A stretch of DNA of 63,738 bases, the filler included, from Reticulomyxa filosa (taxonomy: Eukaryota > Protista > Foraminifera): assembly GCA_000512085.1 (NCBI GenBank). It is 21 parts of 21 records of this genome, joined end to end, with 100 filler letters (N's around TTAATTAATTAA, not from the genome) between each part and the next. Parts side by side here need not be neighbours in the genome. Positions count along the whole stretch, not along the records: positions 10,711 to 14,617 come from ASPP01019612.1; positions 14,718 to 15,779 come from ASPP01010630.1; positions 15,880 to 18,858 come from ASPP01027062.1; positions 18,959 to 23,854 come from ASPP01025394.1; 17 more parts are not named here. One strand, 5' to 3'. Positions within the stretch are counted from its first letter, which is position 1. Each line of letters starts with the position of its first letter. Below, one piece after another: positions 10,711 to 21,926 of this stretch. The translations under genes and the position numbers were made by a program. Under the pieces are notes generated by a model, which saw only the letters and a list, made by a program, of their open reading frames with translations, searched no databases and was not told the DNA's origin.

Positions 10711-12067
10711 AAAAAAAAAAAAGAAAAAAGGAGAAAATAAAATAAAATGAAACTTGGCAAATTGCTTGATGCCATCAACAGGTTCCAATTTGCGCTTGTT
10801 TTCGGGCTTAGCTTCGCTATTTAGCTTTTTGATTATCGCTTTGACTTCGGGCAGCAAAATGTTGCAGTACTCTTCGTAGCACTTTTTGGTGTGTTTGTCC
10901 GTCTCGTTGAAGCTGGTGTTCACAATGTCAAGCATCATGTCTGCGGGATTGCTCAACGGAGGAATTTCGTAGCCAAGCTTGGTAAAGTATCGCACAGACT
11001 CGCGGAATGGGCCAAAATACATTGCCTTTGCCTCTTTCCAATATCATTAAATTATCATTCCTTTTTTTTTTTTTTTTTTTTATTTTTTTTTTGACCTTAG
11101 TTTTATCACTTTGTCCAATTCAAACAACAAATGAACAAAATAAAAATAAAAAACAAAAAGTGGTTACCATTCACACAGCATAGTGAAAATACGCGACGAA
11201 GGCTGATGTATGGTCATGACAATGGTATGTCCCAACTCTTGAGCTAAGTTGTTACAGATGCGCATGACTTGATAGGCCGAGGTGCTGTCCAAACTGCTCG
11301 TCGGCTCGTCCATGAACAGTAGTGCAGGTTGCGATACCAACTGCGCTGCCACGTCCAGCGTCTCACGAACAGTCATACCCCCTTTTTTTTTTTGTCCATC
11401 CCACCCTCCCCTTTTATTGTCAACGTGCCCAAATATATAAATATATACATATATTTATATAATTTTTTTTTTTTTTGTAAACCCCTTCAAACCCCTTTTT
11501 TTTTTAAAAAAAAAAAAAAAACACCTGATAGCAAAGGGCTCTGGGTGACAATCGCGGCGTTTCCATCAAAACCAAGCAGGTCATCGTCGATCAATGACTT
11601 GGACTTGGTCGTCCCTTCATAATAGATGATGCCACTGGAGATTGAGATCTGCCCGCTCAAGCATTTGAGCAGTGTGGTCTTGCCTGCACCAGAAGGACCC
11701 AAAATTACAAGTATTTTTCCTGGAGCCACATATCCGCTCACTTGGTCGACCAGTTTTTTCGGCTCTTTTTCATTCGTCTGATACGACAAGTCCTCGAAGC
11801 ATAACGAACCGATTGTATTTGTCGCCAGTTTTTGTCCAACATTGAGTTGCGTCTGTATCACAAAATTGGTGCATCCATTGTACCTTTTTCTGTTTTACTA
11901 AAGGGGCAATAAAATAAAAATAAAAACCTGTGATATGACACCGGTTCGGTCGCTTGTACTTCTTCCAATTTTGCGAGCATCGACTCGTGTGGAGAATGTT
12001 CCGGTTTCGGTGGTGCCAATCCCACCTTTTCCACTACAATCACGCTATCTCTTACCTCAACCGACAT
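10711..12067 (-). CDS. ABC transporter, ABCG (White-like) N-terminal NBD, multi-exon, 3' partial; helical subdomain and signature motif missing
   Basis: Walker A GPSGAGKTT, TVRETL, Walker B/D-loop LLFMDEPTSSLDS, H-loop TIHQPSS, and YFGP..ESVRYFTKLGYEIPPLSNPAD. Confidence 0.9.
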
Positions 12068-12613
12068 TTCTTGTTCTGAAAAAAGTGTTTGTTGTAATCA
12101 CGTAAAAATTGATATTGCACGTATTGTTCTGTGATCAATAAAGATATTGCGCTTAACTAAAATGATTTCTATGATACCTTGACGATCTACTTACCTAGTA
12201 GGATTAAAAAAAGGGGTTTTGACAAATGGCACGTCAAAACTGTTTTTAGTAATTTTGCATGTTGTGTTCTACTATGTGTCGATGTTAATTTACAAAAAAA
12301 AGGCGTGTATTACGTATCCATTTCTTTGTAAAAAAATGTTACATCGACAGATACCATTTATGAAGATTTTCAATGCCGGACCAATACGAAAAAAAAAGGT
12401 TTGGATGCAAAAGAAAAAACTTGTCAGTGACACAAACTGCTAACATCAAATGTGCAACTGTGTTAGTCTTTGAGTCAAACAACAAAGAAACAGATGAGGC
12501 CAAAAAAAAAAGCGCAAACTTGAATCACAAGTTGTTTTGTACCACAGCACCTCATTTTTTTTTCCCTCTTCCTCACCCTTTTTGTTTTCTTTCTCTTTCT
12601 TTCTGTTCTCAAT

Positions 12614-14610
12614 TTATCCTCTGCGAGGTTGTTTTCCTCCAGCACCTCCTCCTCTGCTTGGACCACCTGGACCAAAGCCAAGGACTCGTCGTCCCATTCC
12701 AGCCATTGCTCCAACTAATCCGTTCTTTGGATCGTCAGTTTCGCCCATCATTTCCATTTCTTGTAACATTTCTCGTGTTTGAGATACAACCACATTGTTT
12801 TCTTGCAATGACATGCGTAACAACACTCCTCTCATCTCTGTTGCAAATTCGTCACCTAATTGCAGCACTTCATCGAATAGTTTGTTTCTTTTGTTTTGTA
12901 ACGAGGCATAAACTATTTTACTATGTGAGTCAATTTTTGCTTGGATGTGTCCATCAGACACACATGTAGATAGCTCCTGTTCCATTTCCGGCAACGACAC
13001 ATTGAATGCTTTCGCCATTTTTTTCATGTCCATCGCCGAGTAGGGACTTTTTTTTTTAAAAAAAAAAAATTTATCATTCCACATGGGCACAAAATGTATT
13101 TTGTTTGCCCAAGTTGTTTTTTTTTTTTTTGCATATATGTGTATAAACCACCCCCCTTTTTCTGAAACAAAAACAACATGCACACAAAAGCAAACCTGAA
13201 GTATTGCACTAGCGCTTTTCCACGGATGGCAGATAACAGTGATTCGACGCTGGAATACAAGTGGATATCAACGATCAACTCTTTCTTCAAAGCGTTCAGT
13301 CCGGACATGACAATACCGTATTCATTGTCATAAAATCCCCGAACAAGTTTGGATACGGTCGGTCGCAGTTCCAAAAAGCGTTTAAAATGTTCGTTGTCCA
13401 AAACCTGAAATTTTTTTTTTTTTGTTTTTTTTTTGAAATAGGGGAGGGAGAATTTTTTTTAAAAATGTTAAGCTCGATCAACTTCAAAAAAAAAAGTACA
13501 ATTTGACTTTTTAAAAAAAAAAAAAAATTTACCCCCTCTCCTTTGTGCGTTAACACAAGAAAAGCAAAATTCTTTTTTTTGAGATTGGCTCTGCTGAGAC
13601 TGGCCAAAGCGCAAAGCCCTCCATACAAGGCAATGTCATGGCCAGACAAAGCTTCGGGCCATTGGCCATGAATACTGTAATCGCAGTCGACGAAATGAGA
13701 GACCGCATTGTCGTAGCGCCCCTGTCGCAGCAAAGCCAGTCCCAAAGCGGCGAGCGCCTTCGATCGTGACTTGGCATCGGAATACGCATCCTGGATGTTG
13801 AGGGCATGGGCAGCCTCCGAACGGACATGGTTCAAGGCTCCTGATTGCAGACTATTATCGAATTTGATTTGATTTGGATTTTTTTATTTTTTTTTAAGGT
13901 TATGTTGTTACCAAACAATAATACATCAAAACATTCTCACCGTTTTTTTTTTTTTTTTTATTATTATTTTTTTAAAAAAAAAATTGTGTGGTTACGTTAT
14001 TTCTTTGAAACAAACAATTTAACCTGTAGGTAATGATGCGGAGGTTAATGTCTAACAAAATTCTTGTGTCTGGAGCACATATGATTTGCCTTCGATTAAT
14101 CTTGAAATGGCGGTAGAATAGCTTCCCGTCTGAGCGTAAAATTTTCCTGCGTCAATATATGCATTGCATACTTTCTCTCTCTCTATTTGATAAGTTGCGC
14201 CATCGTTAGATCTCGTCTTTGTTGTGTCTTGACTTTTGCTCGTTTTCTTGAGATGTTGCTCCCATCCACGCCGCATCAATCAACACTTTATTTTCTTTAT
14301 TATTATTATTATTATTTTATTGTTGTTTGATTGGGTACGTATACTTTTCTTTTTTTAAATTTATTTGATTTAAAAAAATTAAAAAAAAAAAAACTATGTG
14401 ACCGGTAGAAAGGAAAAAAAAAAAAAAGGGAGAGAGAGTTATGTGTGAGAGCATTTTTATCATACCACCCAATAGTTTTTGACCAAAACCACACACGCGG
14501 TCATACAATTGCACATCTTGTCCTTTGCGTGCTTCTTCAATTGCCAACTCAAATGCACGAGTTGCCACTGCTTCGTTCACTTGGGCAATGTGCAACAGTC
14601 GATCAATCTT
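12614..14610 (-). CDS. CSN1: COP9 signalosome subunit 1 (PCI domain), multi-exon, 5' partial; one in-frame stop and two frameshifts, possibly a pseudogene
   Basis: DIALYGGLCALASLSR, FKRFLELRP, IRGKALVQYF-SPYSAMDMKKMAKAFN...IQAKIDSHSKIVYA...QLGDEF match CSN1/GPS1. Lesions lie at 14206-14208 (TAA), 14175-14184 and about 14057-14060. Confidence 0.88.
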
Positions 14611-14717
14611 TCATCCANNNNNNNNNNNNNNNNNNNNNNNNNNNNNNNNNNNNNNNNNNNNTTAATTAATTAANNNNNNNNNNNNNNNNNNNNNNNNNNN
14701 NNNNNNNNNNNNNNNNN

Positions 14718-14751
<34 letters not shown>

Positions 14752-14753
<2 letters not shown>

Positions 14754-15118
14754 ACACATGCCACCTTTGCGTTTTGACGGTGGTGTTTTGTGCCGTGCTC
14801 GACTGGATTTTTACAAGGGCGCCAGAGTATGGTATGGACACGTTCGTGAGTTGAAATTGACCACTCTTTTCTTCTGGAATATCAAGTGCTACTAGTACCT
14901 TGAAACTAGTCATGTAGAGGTGAACGTTTTCCAGCTTTGGAAAACATTTCGACAGCCAAAATGCAACTGGTTTGTTCAGAGGGTTCTGCTCGTTCTTCAA
15001 GTCATGACATTTCTCTCCGTTTTTTACCCAAATCGTAGCTTCCACTTTATGTCCGCTATTTGGTGACTTCAAATGTGTGTCACCATTGAAAGGGATAATG
15101 ACCTCACTTTCCGTCATA
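14752..15118 (-). CDS. First exon of a hypothetical protein, possibly PH/GRAM-like
   Basis: Clean ORF from MTESEVIIPF. VHLYMTSFKVLV...NVSIPY weakly recalls the GRAM pattern G.LYLT..RVIF...F.IP. Confidence 0.35.
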
Positions 15119-15345
15119 TATTTCAACTCAGAATAATGAAAGAAAAAGAAAAAAATCCTAGAAAAGGGGAAAAAGTATATTATCTTTTGAGGCGAGATTT
15201 TGGTTTGGAAATTGTTTTTAACTAAGCAAAGTAGGCACAAAGTTGTATTAAAAAGTTGTGCTCATTGGGTTTTTTTGGACAACGGGGCTAGAGACAAAAC
15301 TGCTCGCTGGCTGTGTAGTGAACATTTGATAATAGGGATCGCAAA

Positions 15346-15693
15346 ATGAGTGCTTGGATAACATATTTCCTTACAAATCAAGGTTGTGAAGGCTCAGAAA
15401 AGCTTGTGCCAAACTTTTCATTGATTGCGCTATATCTAACGCTGGGCTATGTGTGGCGCTCTCCAATGTTGTACTTGTCGTACTTGATTTTCGTGCAAAG
15501 CGTTGGAGCATGGCTTTCGATGAGATGGCTTGTTTACCCTCTATCCATTCCGTTTTTTTATTTGATAGTGTTTCTATTTCGTCGTGACAAGCCAAAGATC
15601 ATGGTCCGAGAAGACTCTTATCCTTACAAACATATTTTGCCGTATCTGACAACTATTCGAAATTTTACTCCGTCGCCTTGGTTAAGTAATTAA
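15346..15693 (+). CDS. First exon of a membrane-anchored alpha/beta hydrolase (ABHD1-3/YheT-like)
   Basis: Hydrophobic N-terminus followed by KPKIMV...HILPYLTTIRNFTPSPW, resembling the segment before the GHxQT motif. Catalytic motifs are off the contig. Confidence 0.45.
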   Translation: MSAWITYFLTNQGCEGSEKLVPNFSLIALYLTLGYVWRSPMLYLSYLIFVQSVGAWLSMRWLVYPLSIPFFYLIVFLFRRDKPKIMVREDSYPYKHILPYLTTIRNFTPSPWLSN

Positions 15694-15995
15694 ACGAAAC
15701 AAAAACAAATAAATAAACAAAAAATAGTAAGCAAATGTCAAAAATCAAAACACCAAGATTGATACCAAAAAAAAAAAAANNNNNNNNNNNNNNNNNNNNN
15801 NNNNNNNNNNNNNNNNNNNNNNNTTAATTAATTAANNNNNNNNNNNNNNNNNNNNNNNNNNNNNNNNNNNNNNNNNNNNAAAATAAGTGATTATATAGGA
15901 AGTATACGTAGCAAAAAAAAAACAAAAACAATAACGGTTAATAAATAATAAAAATTTTTTTTTTTAAAAAAAAAAAAAAAGGGAAATCATTTACA

Positions 15996-18328
15996 GTGTG
16001 GGGGAATTGCAATGAAAAGTCGTCAGAAATGGGTTTGTTCCCACGACTAGTGAGTTGGTTGTTGCGAGCGAAATCGCGAGAAAGCAAAGAACGCATCTAC
16101 CACGTATACTTGTCGAAATACAATGTGATGCGCGAATCGAATGGAGGACAACGACTAGTGTCCTCTCTGCATCCGGATGGTGGCGAGGAAGAAGGAGGGA
16201 GTAGTATGGCGCCGGACATTGTCGAGATCCGATCATTGTCCGATCTGTTGTTGTTGCAAAAGCACATCCACATCAATGAAGTGTTCGCCAATCGTAACGA
16301 CATGGTTTGCAGCGTGAGCCAAATTTGTGTGACAGTTGGAGAACAGGCAAACAAGTCCAAGGGTCCATTCTTACATTTGAGCTACGCCACATTTGTCGAA
16401 TGGTATGGAGCAGCAACAGTAGGATCAGATAAAGAATTGAACTTGTTTCAATACTTAGAAAAATGTTCATCATCATCATTGTCATTACTATCATCTCCTT
16501 CAATTCTTTCGGCGAAGAATAACGATGACAATGATTTAGTTTATACGCTATTTAGGGATATACTGTATCGTCGAGCAATGGTGAAAGTGTGGATGATTGG
16601 CTGCTCCGTGAACTCGCTCGGCGCGTCTCTGCTCACTAACGAGGCAAAAGAGGAGTGGATATCGTATCTGCAAATGAGTGGTAAATGGAAACATATTCTG
16701 CCCACCACGTCGGCCCCTCATTCCCCCTCACTGCATAAGCCCATGTACGTAGTCCCCTACGACCTCTTGTTTTCTCAAATGCAACAGGCGAGAGAGAGGC
16801 CCACGAAGCCAAAAACAGCGATCAAATCATCGTCCTGTACCAAGAAATCGCCTTGCTGGATCAAAAGATTAAAACACTCGGATTGGAAGTTGCGAATACA
16901 TTACACAGCCTAACTTTTTTTTCTTTTTTTTTTTTTGTCACATTACACACATACATTAACATGTATGATACATATACATTATATATACATTATATATATA
17001 TATATAATGTATGTACATATATGCATATATGTTGTACATGTTAATGTATGTATATTTTTTTTTTTTTTTTTTTTTTAATGTATGTTTTACATGTATTTAT
17101 AATACATACGTATACTTATATATAAATGGGAAAAAATTATTTCAGAAAGAATCATTGACATATGAAAACAGCAGCTTGTTAGAACAGATTCAACTTGAAA
17201 TGGACAAAAATGAAAAACTCCTTGCGAAGCAAAAAAAATCGGAACAACAGCTTCAGATGTTGCAAAATCAAAACATTGAGCTGCGCATTCAGGTAAATTC
17301 GATGCAAGAGCTACTGCTGGCGGGCAACGACCCCAGTGTTCGTAGCGAAAAGGAGGCGTCGTTGCTGAAAGAGCTGCTGACAAACAATCAAAACCTACAT
17401 ACACAAATCGGCGTCTACCAGCAAATGCACCACCCCTCGACAGACGAAAAGTTCCAACAAGAGCAGGTTCTGCTCGCACAGGCGCAAGAAGAGCACGAGC
17501 AGTTGTATAAAAAGGCACAAGTGCGTATTGCCGATTTGGAAGCACAAGTGCAACGACTTCAGCATCAAAACAAAATATTTACAATAATAATAGTAATAAT
17601 GGTGGTAATGATTATAATATTGATTATAATAATGATTATGAGAATAAAGATGACAATGATAACAATAATAATTATAATTATAATAATAACAATAAAAGTG
17701 CAACTCGACGTATCTTAAACGCAGATGTGGTGCTACATAGCACACTGCAAAGGGTGGTACAAGAAAGAACGAAGCCACGTCCTGCAGGTGTTGCTGCTGC
17801 TGAGACAACGCATAAGGGACAGTTGGAAATTGAGGTGTCGGAGCGCTTGCAAACTGAGCTCGAAAAAATAGAGAGGGAAATTGAAAAGTGGTTGGACAAA
17901 CACGATTCGGTGAAAGCTTCTTCTTCTTCTTCTTCTTCATTGCCTCCTCCTCCTCCTCCTCCTTCTCTCCTCCTCCTTCTCTTCTTCTACTTCTTCTTTG
18001 AGTCATAATGTTGGTGGTAATGATGTGGACAACTTACATGTAAGTGACGCGAAGTTGGCCGAGCAATTGGCCTTGCATCAGCAGTTCGACTTGTTCAAAG
18101 CCATCAAAAATAGTCAGAGTTCGACAGTAGTGGTGGTTGCCAATGAGGCTATGGGTGCTTCTACAGGGGCCGCTGTCGCGACGACCACAGTGTCGACATC
18201 ACCGTTGGCATCTGCATCGCCATTGACATTGGCGTCGGCATCGGCAACTCTTGCTGCAGCATCAGCATCAGCATCAGCATCAGCATCAGCATCAGCAACA
18301 ACAACAATGTTATCACCATCATCATCGA

Positions 18329-18367
<39 letters not shown>

Positions 18368-18858
18368 AAACACTTGAAAACACGGAAATACAAGCCAAGT
18401 TTGGCACAGGTGTGGCCGAAGCGGCGCCGACACTCGAACCCATTTTGGAAGTGGAAGATGACAAAATACACAAAAAAAAAGAGAGCATCTTGCCACTGTG
18501 GTTCAAAGCGCAACAACAATTGATGCAAGGACAACTGCCCAAAATCTGCAAAAAGTACAACGTCAAACTGCAGAAATTGGAAGAGTTTTTAGGCGCCGTC
18601 GACCCGTCCAATGAAAACATTGCCAATGTCCCCTTTTCTGTTTCCGAAATGATGAAGATGAATAGCGGAAGTCGTCAAGGCTTTGATAAGTATCAGCCCA
18701 AAATCAACGATATCAATGGCGTGGCTTTGCATTATGTTTTGAAATATAACATATATACATATATATATGCATATGTATATATATGTACATTTTTTTTTTT
18801 TTTTTTTTTAAATTGGGAAAAAAAAAAAAAAGGGTGATGTAAGTGACGGCGACGATGA
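15996..18858 (+). CDS. Divergent kinesin-like motor remnant followed by coiled coil and an Ala/Ser/Thr-rich linker; partial at both ends
   Basis: Colinear kinesin-like elements GLFPRLVSWL, YHVYLSKYNV, DIVEIRSLSDLL, ATFVEWYGA, LVYTLFRDIL..KVWMIGC and EEWISYLQMSGKWKHI. Q/E/L heptad exons follow at 17150-17570 and 17700-17910. There is a frame change at (AG)4 16791-16798. Confidence 0.55.
18258..18366 (+). repeat. Coding hexanucleotide repeats (GCATCA)n and (GCAACA)n giving poly(AS) and poly(AT)
   Basis: Seen directly within ORF 17998-18837. Confidence 0.9.
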
Positions 18859-18958
18859 NNNNNNNNNNNNNNNNNNNNNNNNNNNNNNNNNNNNNNNNNN
18901 NNTTAATTAATTAANNNNNNNNNNNNNNNNNNNNNNNNNNNNNNNNNNNNNNNNNNNN

Positions 18959-21315
18959 GTTATTGTTATTGTTATTGTTATTGTTATTGTTATTGTTATT
19001 GACACTGTTCAAATCGTTCGCATCCGTTATTAGACATTGCAATTGAAACTCGGATTTGGATTCATTCCAAATCTGCTCCAATATCTGTTGTTGCAATTGC
19101 GAAGACACCATGATTTCAATGACAACGGACTGTGGCACAATTCCGTGTAACACGTCACCGTATTTGGTAACGAGGAAGTCAAACAACATTCGCAATACGA
19201 CCAATGTATTGCTGTCAGGGTATTGCGGACTATCCAATGGCACCATTTCTTCAAACTTTGATTTATTTTCCAATTGCTCGAGATATTCTTTCATTATATC
19301 ATTATCATTATTATTATTATTATTATCAATGTTATTGTTATTAATAGTGTTGTTGTTGTTGTTGCTGCAAATATTAATTCCAGCTTTCTTTTTACTATTG
19401 CTTTTTATTATCGCTTTGCTTGTTTCATTGTATTGTCTTTCTTTCTTCCTTTCATTTCTGTGCTTCCTTTTTTCCCTTTCTTTTTCTTGTTGTACCTGCT
19501 GCAGTTGCTGCGGATGCAATCGCAGTGTTTTTCCCTCTTTTCTTTCTTTGCGACTTTTCTTCCGCGCTTTCTGACCCACCGCACATTGTCTGCTCATTAT
19601 GGATAACTGGGTCGATGCCGCTTCCGATGTCTCTTCGCAAGAGCGAGCATAATTTAAATGTGCCGAGCACAAGTCCGGTCCTTCTTGAGTCCTTTACATA
19701 CGATATACATATATGTGTATATGTATATGTATATTTGTACATGTGAATGACTGCCATGAGGGAAATAAAAACAATCCAATCTCTTACATCTTTTTTTCTT
19801 ATCAATTCTTTTTTTTTTTTTTATTTGTTTGGTCAACTTGTTAGTCAATTGAGAAAGTGCCTCTGTTAAATATGTCCCCTTTGCATTGGAGCTCTGATCA
19901 TAGCTGTCATGTCTCGATCCGTCTTTACTTGACATCTCTTCTTCTTCTTCTTCTTCTTCTTCTTGTTCAAAGTTGACAAGTGTTTGTCTCTTGTCTCCTT
20001 GTCGGGACAACAGCCGATCTTCCTTATTAGCAACAATCATTTCACGTAAATACTGTATGAATGATCCGTGCACTGGGACAGCTGGCAAGCAAATCACTAT
20101 TTCAAAAGTCATTAAAAAAAAAAAAAAAAAAAAAGATTTGTTTGTTTTGTTGATCGCGTCGGTATGTGTAAAAAACAGCAAAGTGGAGATAATTAACAAG
20201 CACAGCCCAAGTCCACATTGCAACATTGCTTCTGAGTAAAGCCATTTTGAATCAATGCCAAGTATTTCAACACCGCAATGAATTGGTCTCGAGTGAACTC
20301 ACAATGGAAGACATCATCAATGGACACTAACCAGCCAATCTATTGTGATGATCCAAAATCGCAAAGGGGTATTGATCTAGAGAAGAAGAAGAAGAAGAAG
20401 AAGGAGAAGATATACATATATACACATATACATATATATGCATATGTACATGTGTATATATGTATATATGTATATATTACAAACCATCAATAAAACTTGC
20501 TTGTCCACTCTCCATTTGTGAACAGGCAATTGAACACCTCGAGGGCTTTGAATGTTAAACAACAACGAACTGTGGCTTTGTTGTACGCGCTCGATGATTT
20601 GAAGGAGTTGAAACAAGACCTGATTTGTCGTCTCACTTTTCAATTGTGGAACGTTCGCTTCGCCACATTTCATTTGCAATTGCTCGGTTTGAATGTGATA
20701 ACACCAGTCAAAATAATGGTTATAAATATCGTCTATCCATCGTTTCCAATTGTTGGCCTTTCGGTCATTCTTTCTTACCTCCATCCAACCGCTTATCTTA
20801 CCGCTCTCCTCAAACACCATTTCATTCAAGTCACTCAAGTAATGGCATTCTTGCCAATTCAATCTCTTCTATTTATTATTATTATTATTATTTGTATTAT
20901 TATTATTCCTCATTTCTCTCTCTCCCTTTTCTCCTTTCGCTTTTTCTTTTCATTCACATTATACGTATTGCGGATACATACAAACTCTCATTCCATTACT
21001 TTTTTCCCCTCTCCCCTCTTTGTCCTTTTTTTTTTTTTTAACTGCAAAAGTAGACTCAAAATTTGCTATTGCTTTGGCTGGATCACTATTTTTATTTGAC
21101 GTTGCTCGGCTATTGTCACACTTCACGGTTGACAAAGGTTTTTTGGACGGGTTGTTGCTTGTCGGACATCTTTGCTTCTCTGGCGCGTTTCGCACTTTCA
21201 TATGCATGTTCGACAATCGCCGAGATTTTTCAAAATTGTTGTTTTTTGGGTCCACTTCATCTCTTTTGTGTCTGATTTCATTCATTTTGCCACCCACGTC
21301 TAATAAGGCTTGCAT
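18959..21315 (-). CDS. Multi-exon protein with divergent EH (Eps15-homology)-like segments and poly-Asn tracts; 3' partial
   Basis: Spliced KQ|IGWLVSIDDVFHCEFTRDQFIAVLKYLALIQNG and DVLHGIVPQSVVIEIMVSSQLQQQILEQIWNES resemble EH halves (G.I....A..FL.KSGLP..VL.QIW.LAD...G.LD..EF.VA..LVA.AQNG). Confidence 0.45.
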
Positions 21316-21926
21316 TTCTGTTCCAACGTTTGTTGTGTTTTGTTTGAGTGTTTTTCAAGAGAGAGAGGGATATATGACAATGGGAAAGAAAATGTAGTCA
21401 AACATCTCTCTAAAGCACAAACTTTTTTCGTTAATGTGCGAGTTGAAATGGACATTCAACATGTTCTGCAATATTTAGATTTGATGCAAGTGTTTGAGGT
21501 AACAAGCATATATTGTCCTTTCAACAGCATATCGTAAAATAACAATATTGAAACAAATTGACAAAATTTGTAATATTACTAGTTTTGTCAGTCATTTCAT
21601 TTATTTGAAGAACTGGAAATGCGTTTGAATTGCTATTGGCAATTGTACAGCCTTTGATTTCCATTGAAAAAATTATTATTAAGTGGCAGCAAGCGAGACA
21701 TTTTACCTAAACAGCAGTGCTGCAATCTTAAAAACTATTTAACTCTGTAATACAAACAACAAAAATCATTAATGAAAGTCCAAAAATAAGGTCGAGTTCT
21801 AACATTTCTCTCTTTTTTAAAAGAGATAGAGTTGATTCTCACTTTACACACTTAATTTTACCGATTCTTCATAAATAAGAGAATAAATAAAAGAACAAAA
21901 GTCAATGCGACGGCAACACTGAAATA

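Noticed and set aside
17395-19746. Many overlapping ORFs with poly-L, poly-I, poly-C, (HQ)n or (AD)n
   Set aside because: They are alternative-frame or antisense readings of tri- and hexanucleotide repeats.
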